NCBI GenBank assembly: GCA_047967505.1
Contig: CM106538.1
Strand: one strand, 5' to 3'
Length of the DNA: 64,000 bases
Origin: Dipteris shenzhenensis
Lineage: Eukaryota
The notes beneath the pieces were generated by a model, which saw nothing but the letters and a program-made list of their open reading frames with translations, had not been told where the DNA came from and did no database searches. Shown here piece after piece: positions 11,801-22,479 of the stretch (its first letter is position 1; every line of letters begins with the position of its first letter). A program made the position numbers and the translations under genes.

Positions 11801-12952
11801 CTAGTGGAAGCACTACCAATAGAAAAAGAAGCCCCTTGTGTAGGTGGTGAAAGTGGAGGAGGGGGTCCAGATGTCACAGATAGAACAGGACTCCTGGGAG
11901 GAGATCCAGGACGTACTAGTGTTGATGAGGCCTCAACTCGTGCCCTCTTTGACGGGCCACTTGGTGTGCCTCCCAAGGAAAGAATTACATCATCTGGAAC
12001 TTCTCCTACACATGGATTCACACCCTTTCCAGTGATACCAAGAAGATGTGCCCTTACACGAGGTGCACTACCACAAAATGAGCCACCACAATGCTTACAC
12101 TTCCATTGTTTCGAACCCGAAGCACCATACTGTTGCTCCACATGCACTTGCTCCCAAACAATGTCCTTTGCTCGCCCCATCTCTAAGCTATACTACCTGC
12201 AAGACAACCATAGATCCCTTTGATTATTTGTTGCTTCAAGCTTGCAAGACAAATTACAATAAATTTTGTATTGTGAATCGTGAATGTTACAAAATTTATT
12301 GTAATTTGTCTTGCAATAAATTACAATTATTTCGTGCAAGACCAACCAACTGCTTCCAATGCTCATTGCTCACAGCATCTAGCTAATAGCTAGCTAGCTG
12401 GCAATTAGTAGCATCATGCATGCAGCATGCAGCTTGCCACGCTCCAACGCAATGGACAAAAGGGGCTACATAGTACAGGCTTCTATCGTGAATCGTGATT
12501 CGTCATGCATGTAAGCAGCCAGCTGCCAGCTAATGTACCTGCGTCACGCGTCCACGATGCACTTGGGCCTCCTGGGACCTGTTCGTCGTTCAAACTTCAA
12601 AGGCGTTGGAGTAGACTGTAGAATGTGAATATCGAATCTCGATTGCTGCCTTGAGCCTTGCGTAGGGGCCAAGGCGCTTGGAGCTAGCAGCTACCTAGCG
12701 GCGCAGCCTGCGGGTGTCCTGTCGTGACTCGTGACTCGTCAAAAAGCCCCTAGCCTGCAGGTGTCGTGATTGTCGTCCAAAAGCCCCTTGCGCCGCGTCG
12801 CCGCCGTACGGGAGACGTACAAGAGATTTGCCCTTGCAAACTCTTATGTAAGCTTACCCTAGCCACGTTTCATTGAACATGAAACGTTTCGAAACGTGCT
12901 GCACGTTTCGAAACGTTTCAAATTCAATGAAACGCGTTTCATTGTGACTATG
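8881..12952 (-). mobile_element. hAT transposon 2, copy A (4072 bp), apparently autonomous
   Basis: TIRs CATAGTTCAATGAAACG / CGTTTCATTGTGACTATG; GAAACGTTT subterminal repeats; flanks GTCCATGG (left) and AGCGCAAT (right). Confidence 0.95.
9573..12180 (-). CDS. hAT transposase copy A, 3 exons (12180-10724, 10555-10118, 9960-9573), 760 aa
   Basis: Mirror image of copy B. GT-AG introns; BED finger, CDGW, DNASN, CAAH and SACERNWS (complete DDE). Confidence 0.9.
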
Positions 12953-13418
12953 AGCGCAATAAGCTGAAATCAAAACATACGACTTGCTTTACTATATGAA
13001 CAAAGAATAAACAACCGACTCAGCTCATGAATTTTACACAAAAGCCTTTTATTGCAATAAACTCAGACTCGCTATCTACTAAGGCTCATCCCGACCGGGC
13101 TTTTTGCCAATACAAAGGACTCTGCTATCAACCCTAATGAGCAGCTGCTCAGACGCACACAAACTCAGAGAGCCTCGAAGGCTCAGACAAAAGGAAGGAC
13201 TTCATGCTTCTCGTGTCGTCTTTGTAGGTACGCTACTGCCGCCTCAACGCTTCTCTGCATGCCGCCTCACGTACAACCTCCTAGTTGCTTTGCCACACGT
13301 TGCCCATGCATTGGGCCACCCACATGAGCCAATCAATCAACACCACCTCAGATAGTCTCCCTTCACGTGCTCATTCATGTCGACCTCAACATGAGGTAAA
13401 TAACCTTTAACCATGGAC

Positions 13419-16400
13419 CATAGTCACAATGAAACGCGTTTCATTGAATTTGAAACGTTTCGAAATGTGCAGCACGTTTCGAAACGTTTCATGTTCAATG
13501 AAACGTGGCTAGGGTAAGCTTACATAAGAGTTTGCAAGGGCAAATCTCTTGTACGTCTCCCGTACGGCGGCGACGCGGCGCAAGGGGCTTTTGGACGACA
13601 ATCACGACACCTGCAGGCTAGGGGCTTTTTGACGAGTCACGAGTCACGACAGGACACCCGCAGGCTGCGCCGCTAGGTAGCTGCTAGCTCCAAGCGCCTT
13701 GGCCCCTACGCAAGGCTCAAGGCAGCAATCGAGATTCGATATTCACATTCTACAGTCTACTCCAACGCCTTTGAAGTTTGAACGACGAACAGGTCCCAGG
13801 AGGCCCAAGTGCATCGTGGACGCGTGACGCAGGTACATTAGCTGGCAGCTGGCTGCTTACATGCATGACGAATCACGATTCACGATAGAAGCCTGTACTA
13901 TGTAGCCCCTTTTGTCCATTGCGTTGGAGCGTGGCAAGCTGCATGCTGCATGCATGATGCTACTAATTGCCAGCTAGCTAGCTATTAGCTAGATGCTGTG
14001 AGCAATGAGCATTGGAAGCAGTTGGTTGGTCTTGCACGAAATAATTGTAATTTATTGCAAGACAAATTACAATAAATTTTGTAACATTCACGATTCACAA
14101 TACAAAATTTATTGTAATTTGTCTTGCAAGCTTGAAGCAACAAATAATCAAAGGGATCTATGGTTGTCTTGCAGGTAGTATAGCTTAGAGATGGGGCGAG
14201 CAAAGGACATTGTTTGGGAGCAAGTGCATGTGGAGCAACAGTATGGTGCTTCGGGTTCGAAACAATGGAAGTGTAAGCATTGTGGTGGCTCATTTTGTGG
14301 TAGTGCACCTCGTGTAAGGGCACATCTTCTTGGTATCACTGGAAAGGGTGTGAATCCATGTGTAGGAGAAGTTCCAGATGATGTAATTCTTTCCTTGGGA
14401 GGCACACCAAGTGGCCCGTCAAAGAGGGCACGAGTTGAGGCCTCATCAACACTAGTACGTCCTGGATCTCCTCCCAGGAGTCCTGTTCTATCTGTGACAT
14501 CTGGACCCCCTCCTCCACTTTCACCACCTACACAAGGGGCTTCTTTTTCTATTGGTAGTGCTTCCACTAGACGGGCATCAGTGCGAGTTGTGAAGCCTCC
14601 AAGGTTTCCAAATTCAACCAGGTTACCACCCAGGCCAGGGACTTTACGAGCTAGTTGGGTCACAACTTTGCTTGCATCTGCTCGTCGGGCAACTCGCAAG
14701 CTCTTTTATGAGTGTGACCTTTCCTTTAACCTTGCTCGTACTCCAGCTTTTCAGGAGTTCGTTCAGGCAGTGGCTGAGGCTGGCCCTTCATTTAGGGCTC
14801 CATCTTCAGAGACTTTACGCACTCGGGAGCTGAAAGCAGAGGTCTTGCAAGTTGAGAAGGAGCTGCAGCCTATTAAGGCATCATGGGCTAGATACGGGTG
14901 CTCCATTTTGTGTGATGGGTGGTCAGATACCAGGAGGCGCCCGCTCATTAACATTCTTGTATCATCTTGCGTGGGTACTATGTTTTTGAGATCCATAGAT
15001 GCATCAAATGAATCTCATACAGGTGAGTACATTTACAGCCACATTAAGAAGGCAGTAGAGGATGTGGGGCCTCAGAATGTAGTACAGGTGGTTACAGATA
15101 ATGCAAGTAACTGTCAGCGCATGGGTGCGCTACTTGAGAGTGACTATCCGCATATCTTTTGGACTCCCTGTGCTGCCCACAGTTTGGATCTTCTTATAGA
15201 GGACATAGGGAAGCTTCCTTGGATTTCCTCGGTGGTTGACAAGGCACGGAGCATGGTGACTTTCTTGACGAGGAAGCATAGAGCCCTTGCAATTTTTCGG
15301 CAACATAGCTCCCATGAGATTCTGAAGCCCTCAAAGACCCGCTTTGCCTATCTCTTTATAGTCTTGTCACGCTTGGTAAAGGTGAAGCCTAACTTAAGGC
15401 GCATGGTAGTCAGTGAGGAATGGTTGAGCTGGGATAAGTCCAGCAAACCAAAGGCACGTGCCTTTGAGGACATTGTGTTTGATGGTGATTTTTGGCATGC
15501 AGCTGAGGAGATTGTGGGGATTGTGCAGCCCCTTTTCAGTACCCTTCGACTTGTTGATAGAGAAGGATGCACAATTGGACTCGTGTATGAGTTCCTGGAG
15601 AAGGTTGGAGAGGCATTGAAAGGGTGCACATGGCTTGATGCAACAAGGTAAATGCAAATCAGGAATCTTGGCTTTCAATTCACTGTTGGCTGCAATTAAT
15701 TTTCTTATTTGCAGCTTTAAGGAATTGCATGTATGATGTTACATTTGTATTTAGAATCTAGAATCTAGATTCTAGGTTTGCAGCAACCTAAATATATTTC
15801 ATTTGCACCCTACAGAGAGCAAGAGATTATGGCCTTGTGGGAAAAAAGATGGACATGGTTCCATAGGCCTATTCATGCAGTAGCACACATTTTGCATCCT
15901 CTATGGAGGAGGGAGGACCAATCGGATGATGCTGAGTTGACTGCAGGGTGGACAGGTTTCCTTGAACGTGCATATCAAGATGCAATATTGCAAGATGCTT
16001 TGGAGGACCAACTCCTCTCATTTAGGAACTCCTTTGGGGAGTTTGGATCAGCTCGTGCATGTCTCCGTGATGGTCAGTTGAGGCCTGTTACCTGGTGGGA
16101 GAAGTATGGTCGGGGCACGCCGGAGTTGAAGCGCATTGCCCTCCGAGTCCTTTCACAAGATTGCTCATCTAGCGCCTGTGAAAGGAATTGGAGTGTGTTC
16201 TCACTTATACACACTAAAAAAAGGAATAGACTAGGCACTGGACAACTTGACAGGTAATTCATAATTTTGTGTGTGAGCACTCCGGCCTCAGCATATCTAT
16301 TTTCTTTTATATCATATATGCACTCAGCACACAGCTCATTATTAGCATTTGAATTATAGTTATGCTACAACCTACATGTATTTACTGTTAATTCATTTGG

Positions 16401-17490
16401 TGTATGGTAGGCTTGTATATGTCCATGCCAATCTACGACTTATTCGACGAATGAAGACCATTGAAGGTCCACAGGAGGTGGATCCTGATAAGATACGTGT
16501 GCAAGTCCCTGAGGATGAAATGCTTCATCCTATGCATGAGGATGATGATGCATATGCATTCATTGCTGAGGAGCGGGCATCGTTGGCACGTGCCACACGA
16601 TCTCAGGCAGGCAGACGAGCAGGGAGAACAGAACCAACTTTAATAGCAGCCGCTCCAGAAGAACAGGAGACCTCCTCATCATCAGAAGAGGATTCATCCA
16701 CTTCTGCAGATTCTGATAGTGATGATGGGGAGGAGGAGGAGGAGGGGGCTGAGGGCCAGGGAGAAGATGCCCGCAGCCCAAGCACCTACAGATCTTGATT
16801 CTTGCTGATTAACTTGCTACTTTCTTTCAGATTTCAGTAGAGTTTGAACTTTAGTTTTGTTTGAAATTTAAAGTTGATGCCTTCACTCTTGACTCTTGAG
16901 TTATGTAATCTAGGTTCTAGTCTATAGACTAGCAGACTATTTACAAGAGTGAAACTGAGAACTTGATTTATGTCCAGACTCCATGGTTGTGATTCCTGAA
17001 CTTGTGAAAACTGAAATATGATAAAGTTTAAGGCTTGACTCTTGAGCTTGTAAATTGTAATCTGAAATCTGATTTTTTGCGACCTATCTAGATTCTAGTA
17101 TCTACTCAACTGAAATCTAATTTCTAAAATTTAAAGGCTTAATTGAGCTTTGTAATCTACACTCTATTCTAATTTCTAGCATTGGCCATTATAGGCTTGT
17201 TGATAAAGTTGAAGGCTTGATTGAGTTTTCTAATCTGGATTCTGGAGTCTATAATCTATTCTACCATTGGCCATTATAGGCTTTCTGTCAAGTCTTGACT
17301 CTTTTTCTATGTTTTTAGCTAGTTTTGCACAGTTTTGGCATACCAAATGTATGCATGCATAAAATTTATATTTTTTGGACCCAAAAAATACAATTTGGTT
17401 TTTTGAAACTTCACCTATTATTTTGAAACGTTTTGAAACGTTTCAAAACGTTTCACGTTTCGACGTTCTGAAACGTTTCATTGAACTATG
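13419..17490 (+). mobile_element. hAT transposon 2, copy B (4072 bp), inverted relative to copy A
   Basis: Same termini as copy A; paired coordinates all sum to 26371; flanks CCATGGAC (left) and ATTGCGCT (right). Confidence 0.95.
14191..16798 (+). CDS. hAT transposase copy B, 3 exons (14191-15647, 15816-16253, 16411-16798), 760 aa
   Basis: Splice sites AG|gtaaat...ctacag|A and AG|gtaatt...tggtag|G. Joined length is 2283 nt (761 codons), open throughout, with an intact D-D-E triad. Confidence 0.92.
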
Positions 17491-17625
17491 ATTGCGCTAT
17501 CACCATACTTGCCTATTGCATTGCATGCAATCAATAATTCATTCCATAGCTTGTAAAAGCCATCAAGAAGAAGGTCTAATAAACCTTGCATGTAGTAATT
17601 GAGACAATTGCTGCTCCCCCTCCAT

Positions 17626-18025
17626 CATAGTTGCAATGAAACACGTTTTTTCTTTTTTGAAACGTTTTCAAACGTTGCCAAACGTTTGGAAATAAAAAAC
17701 ACATTTTTTTGGCAGTGGTTTTTGAAGGTCAAATTTTTGCCCTATTTTTCATCAAAACAATCAAAGGAGCTGTCGCCATCGCGCTTTGTTGGAAAACGCC
17801 TTCTTGGACTCACTTCTGAGTGTATGAACATATAAGATTGCTGAAGTGTTCTCCTCTATGCTCCTCACTGTTTTGGGTGCCATTAGTGCCTGTAATCATG
17901 CATTTTAGGTCCCAGGAATGTGTACGTATAGTAAAACAGGCGCTTGGGCAAAATTTTGCTACGAAACATGTTTGGAAAATTTTCCAAACGTCTGCAAACG
18001 TGTTTCCAAACGTCTGGCAACTATG
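17626..18025. mobile_element. Non-autonomous hAT element/MITE (400 bp)
   Basis: TIR CATAGTTGC...GCAACTATG; 8-bp TSD CCCTCCAT at 17618-17625 and 18026-18033; AAACG(TTT) subterminal repeats like hAT2. Confidence 0.93.
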
Positions 18026-18781
18026 CCCTCCATAGACTTAGAAAGTCGATACGGGAACTTACTTGGAGGTGTCGAGTCCGGAAGTAGATTAATGTGATGG
18101 TCTTTCGGTCGGTTGGGAGGAAGCTGGGGTGGCAGATCATCTCGGAGCATGATGTCTTGGAACTCTTGGAGTAGATCCACCATTGCTTGTCCCATCGGAG
18201 GAGCAGCTTGAACTGCAGTGATTTGGCATTGGACGTAGACAAGTGCACACATGGCGTCCTTGCAAGTGGCGCGACTTGCTTGAACATGCGAGATTAATGG
18301 AATCCCTAGTATGCTCCGATGGTCGCGTATCACGGCGGGCTCAGGTAAACCTTCCACAATAGTGAAGGTGTCCTGCTGCCAATCACGCGTGGGTACATGC
18401 TCACGGAACCATTGAATCCCGAGGATCATGTTGCACCCCATCAAAGGAGTCGAAATAAAATCCCGCGTAAACATGGCCTTCTGAACTAAAATAGGGAAAT
18501 GGATGGCCTTATGCGTGATGTGTGTGCGCAAGCCGGCCATGAACCCGTCCACTGCAAGCTCGTGAGGCACCAAGGTGCACCCCACTGTCTTGGCAAGTTG
18601 AGGGGGGATGGCATCTTTTGAACTTCCCATATCGAAAAGGACAATAAATTGATGCCCGTTAGCTGCTCGAATGAGCGCCTTTTTTTGATATGAGAAATCG
18701 CCCTCCTTCTTACCTTGAAAGACCACGGGGGGAATGGTGTTCAAAGCAAGGAAGACGGCATTCGTAAGCTGAGGATGGAGG

Positions 18782-19950
18782 TGTTAGAAACTCACTGTGC
18801 CTACTTGTGAGCCCCCGATTTGAGGAGACAAGGGGCAGTGAGAGGTAGGAGGGCTGGGGAGAGAGAGAGACTCAGGCCGGCATCATAGGCAACCAGCACA
18901 CGGGCTGGTTGTAGTCTGCAACAGCAGGAATAAAGGGGCTCTAGGCCTCACATAGAGGCACCAGGAGCAGCATTGACTGGCCGCCCAGGGCGCCCTTAAA
19001 TAAGGGCCTGTGGCTGGCCAAGTCGGCCCAACCAGGGCCACCGACCAAGGCCAACCCTGGTCGGTTTTCTAGGGCCCATGTGGTCGGCCACCAGACAGGG
19101 TACCGACCCTGCTGGTCGGTCAACTCAAGGGGCTTGGGCAGTGCCTATAAAAGGCCTACTCCTCCATTCATTCCAGCATCCAGTGCAAGACTGGAGAGAT
19201 GCACTTATATCAATATACATGCGCACACGCGCACCCCCCCCACACACACGTGTGTACCGCACGCACGTTCGTGTGTGTGTGTACACACACATAGGGTTGC
19301 GAGGGTGCCCTAGTGGAGCTTGGGGGACACACACACACACATGTTCTTGATGAACTCATGTTCGCGTACTGGAAACTCGCAACATGGACTTTGCATGTCC
19401 ATTATCGCACATTTCAATCAATTCTAGTCGCCTACATCCAGTTTTATTCGCCTTTGATGATGTTTGCCAAGCACTTAGATCTGGAGCAGTTGGTGAGAGA
19501 GAGAGTCCACCAATATTCTCTAGCACTTTGCTGTGTTTTGTACTGCTCCCTTGGAGCTATTTTTCTGCCCACCATCTGGTGGATGAATATACTCTCTTTC
19601 TCTCTCCGTCCATATTTATTTCTGAGAGAGTGTTTGTTGCATCTGTGATCATCTATCTGAGTTGAGTGTGTGTAAGAGTTGGAGAGATCTTGGGTGGAGG
19701 TTTGAGTGATTCATTCCTCCTTCCTCCTTCTCCAGTCATCTTCCTTCTTCATTTATTCCCAATTTTGGTGAAGCTGGAAAGCTCAATGGGATGAATTATC
19801 CAATCTGGAAAGTCAAGATCCGAAGCCATTTGTTGGCACGGAAGCTGTGGAAGATAGTGATTGGGACCGAGGAGAAGCTGGAGGACATTGTGGACAAAAG
19901 AGGTGAAGTTTTATTCGAAGCAGATGCGGATGAACTCAGTGCATCAAAGA
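18782..19950 (+). mobile_element. Truncated Copia 5' fragment (probable LTR start plus gag N-terminus)
   Basis: TGTTAG start where the Gypsy protease homology stops; TATA-like cctataaaagg near 19145; KLNGMNYPIWKVKIRSHLLARKLWKIVIG (Copia gag N-terminus) at ~19780-19880. No PBS or TSD found. Confidence 0.55.
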
Positions 19951-19976
19951 CTGTTGGTCTCCCGTGGACATTAATA

Positions 19977-20015
<39 letters not shown>

Positions 20016-20191
20016 AAGCTCTTTGATGAGCATGTGAGAGGAGAGAAGTACCAGCGGTGTGAAGGTATTTTGCAGCACTTGGCTTTAGATATTGAGGAGC
20101 ACTTGGCTGCACGCATGAGCAGTTGTTTGTTACTTTAAGCTCGCGTATTGGTGGAGATGATAGTATGATCTTTTGGTGTTGTATGTTTCCA

Positions 20192-20535
20192 GATCTAGCC
20201 TTCTCCTTTAGTGCTAGCCTGCGTCATGGCTGAGTTTTCCCTTCACCTCCGGAGTGTCGACAGAAACTCAGTACGAAGACTTTGTATAAATGGATGCTCA
20301 AGTATGTGTGGGTGTGTGGATTTTGTATATGTGAGAGCATACTTTTATACTATGGTCTACACCCACTGTTGGGCGCTGATGACGTCAGTGGGGATGTCAT
20401 AGTAGCTAGTCCCTACTATGCGTGATGGAGTTTATGGTTTTCAATCTTATGAGTGACTCTTGTGAGATTGAAACTGCACTATGTTGTGTTTTTAGAGGAT
20501 GAGTTTGGGAATGTTCCTAGATTCATCTAGGTATA
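20192..20535. repeat. Dispersed ~340-bp hairpin-rich repeat, copy 1
   Basis: Homologous to 33246-33579 and partly to 52935-53040; flanked by the 13-bp direct repeat TTGTATGTTTCCA (20179-20191, 20536-20548). Confidence 0.8.
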
Positions 20536-20807
20536 TTGTATGTTTCCAAATTTGATCGATTCTCTTTCATTGCATTGTGCACTTGTGGGTTGATAGATTG
20601 GAGTGAGTAGTGTGAGAGCTTCCCACCTAGTTTTTGCCGCTAGGGTTAGCTTGTCACATAATCAGGTTAAAAATAATGCTTGGTGAAGGGGACAATTTGT
20701 CTCGAAGGATGAACTAGTCCAGCTTGAACGGTTGACCTTTCATCTTCTATTAAAATTAAAATTGTTTGTGTGATTAAAGTGTATGTGGTCTTTGAAACTA
20801 TATTGGT

Positions 20808-21818
20808 AGGTTGTGGTTATATGGAGGTGCACCTATCAGGTGCTTGTAGTGGGACCGAGGAGAGTGGGAGTGGATAGATCATGGGCACCGAGAGAGGGGG
20901 ATTCCCTTCTTTTGTTTCATGGTTGGTAATGCCAGGAGATTTCAGTTGAGCAGTAGGGGTTGGATTCCCTCAAGAGCCCCCCACTGGGACAGCTTCTTTA
21001 TCACCGTAGATTTGTGTAGGAATTTCTGGAGGAGGCTTTGGAAATCCCTCAGAAATAGAAAGATCACTCTTTTCTTTTGGCTTTCTATTCATGGAGGGAT
21101 TGCAGTGAACTTGTGGAGATCACGATTTAGGGCTGATCCCACTTGCCCTCACTGTCATTCTGTAGAGGAGTCAGTGCGACATTGCCTTTGGGACTGCAGT
21201 CAGGCTAGGACTGTTTGGAAAGGGGTTGCTCGGATACTCAGCATTTTTCATACTTCCCCTTTCTTCATGACTTGGGGCTTGGTCGCATGGTTATTACTTA
21301 CTGGGCCCCAGGTGTTTTATGAGGGTGAGCCTTCTTCTTGGGCACTCTCGGTCCGCCGACAGGTGATAGAGCCCTGCTCTCTTCATGATGTACCACTTAC
21401 TCCCTTCAGAGCTTCTCATGCTTCAGTGGACACCTCTTGGGAGATTTTGGCTAGCATTTCCTCTTGGCACATTTGGAGAGCCAGATGTACAGAGGCCTTG
21501 GATGGCACCCAGATACACCCATCAGAGGTGTTCACGGGTATTGGACTGACACGGTTTACACTTTGATAGCCATATGGGCTAGCATGCAGGGCCCTTCATG
21601 GGCAGCCTCTTTTAGGAGGACTGTATATCTTCGAGTTTGGAGGGGTTCTCCCTTTTTCTCAGAGGTTTCTACTAGATTGAGATGGCACTATCAGCCCCAA
21701 TCCTTTCTTTTGGCTCTTGAGCTTTTCATGCATTGCATGGTGTATCCCATATGGAGCTTGCTCTAACAGTTTTCTTTAATACTTAATAGAAGTCTCTTTT
21801 TGCAAAAAAAAAAAGAAA
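20808..21818 (+). mobile_element. 5'-truncated L1-like LINE (zf-RVT region, frameshifted)
   Basis: FWRRLWKS...FFWL...CPHC...ESVRHCLWDC and WHIWRAR; A-rich tail at 21804-21818; 14-bp TSD gaaact(a/g)tattggt at 20794-20807 and 21819-21832. Confidence 0.9.
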
Positions 21819-22479
21819 GAAACTGTATTGGTTATGGATTTCCTAGTTTCAGTTTGTCGTTTTTAAAGGATGTTGCGTCTTGAGCTAATTCTAATTTGCT
21901 TGTATCTAACAGTTTTGGCCCTTGGTGATGCATTCAACTTGACATGATGAATAGTTAACCCTTGAGGCTAAGGACTGATTTGGTAGGCGTCTAAGGGAAA
22001 GTTTGGGTTACTTTTATTAGTTAAGCTAAATATAGCTATAGGTGCTGTGGGACTTTACTCTTCTTGCAAGAAGATTGTGGTATGCAAAGATGGTGTCTTC
22101 TAGAAGATTGAATTTGGCTGTTTGAGAGCGTCCCTTGTATACTTAAGTGAGATTGATGATGTGTGAGGTGGATTAAGGAGTGGAGTCAGTGTAGAGACGA
22201 GTGAGGCATTGGGTAGCTCTAGCAAGAAGATTGTGGTGTGGATAGATCTTGTCTTCTAAAAGATTGAATTTCAGCCTGAGACAATTGGTCAAGAGGCCTT
22301 CTTGGTAACTAGATCAGTGAGACTGGGATTGGTGAGAACAAGACGGAAAAAGACATGGAATGAGTGATCAACAGCATTCCCAATTATTGCTCTAGCGGCA
22401 ATTGGGAATGTGAGAGACTGCAATTTTCCATACGAAAACTTGGAGGAGGAAGTCTAGGTGCAGCAGACACATGGATTTT

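Larger units (their letters stand above)
8821..17565 (+). mobile_element. Solo LTR (~585 bp when reconstructed) inserted in the Gypsy RT; split by two hAT copies, with its middle (12953-13418) inverted
   Basis: Starts TGTTGG at 8821 and ends ...CATCA at 17565; 5-bp TSD AGAAG at 8816-8820 and 17566-17570. Removing it restores the Gypsy IRPSSSPF motif. Confidence 0.85.
2720..18781 (-). mobile_element. Decayed Ty3/Gypsy (chromovirus-like) pol in pieces: 2720-4868 (chromo-like, IN, RNase H, RT C-term), 8313-8820 (RT), 17566-17625 and 18026-18781 (linker, protease)
   Basis: Protease-like VLFDMGSS and PYRLS; RT IRPSS|SPF, LCVDY, FSKIDLKSGYHQIR, VMPFNLKNAP, FLDDIL; RNase H AYYNRKLNDAEKNYSVYDRELL and TDHQAL; integrase GHGG, IGMDF, SDRGSKF, HNVFHV; chromo-like C-terminus. 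Domain order is PR-RT-RH-IN. The reading frame rejoins across the TSD-bounded insertions. Confidence 0.92.

Noticed and set aside
11672-12223. 183-aa ORF antisense to the hAT2 transposase (and the 7323-7826 Ser-rich ORF)
   Set aside because: Shadow frames of the real CDS with no independent signals.
8881-17490. Palindrome as a pure assembly artefact
   Set aside because: Reciprocal 8-bp TSDs, an intact surrounding solo LTR with its own TSD, and two arm differences argue for two real copies. Only the spacer orientation remains open.
8881-17490. Single composite transposon with 4-kb TIRs
   Set aside because: The outer flanks GTCCATGG and ATTGCGCT do not form a TSD, so the unit did not insert as one piece.
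20255-20390. Hammerhead-like pieces (GACA-GAAAC ... GTC ... CTGATGA-(C/T)GTC) in the dispersed repeat
   Set aside because: Stem I is offset by 2 nt from the GUC, stem III pairs poorly, and the stem II closing pair is non-canonical. Not callable without a covariance-model search or cleavage assay.
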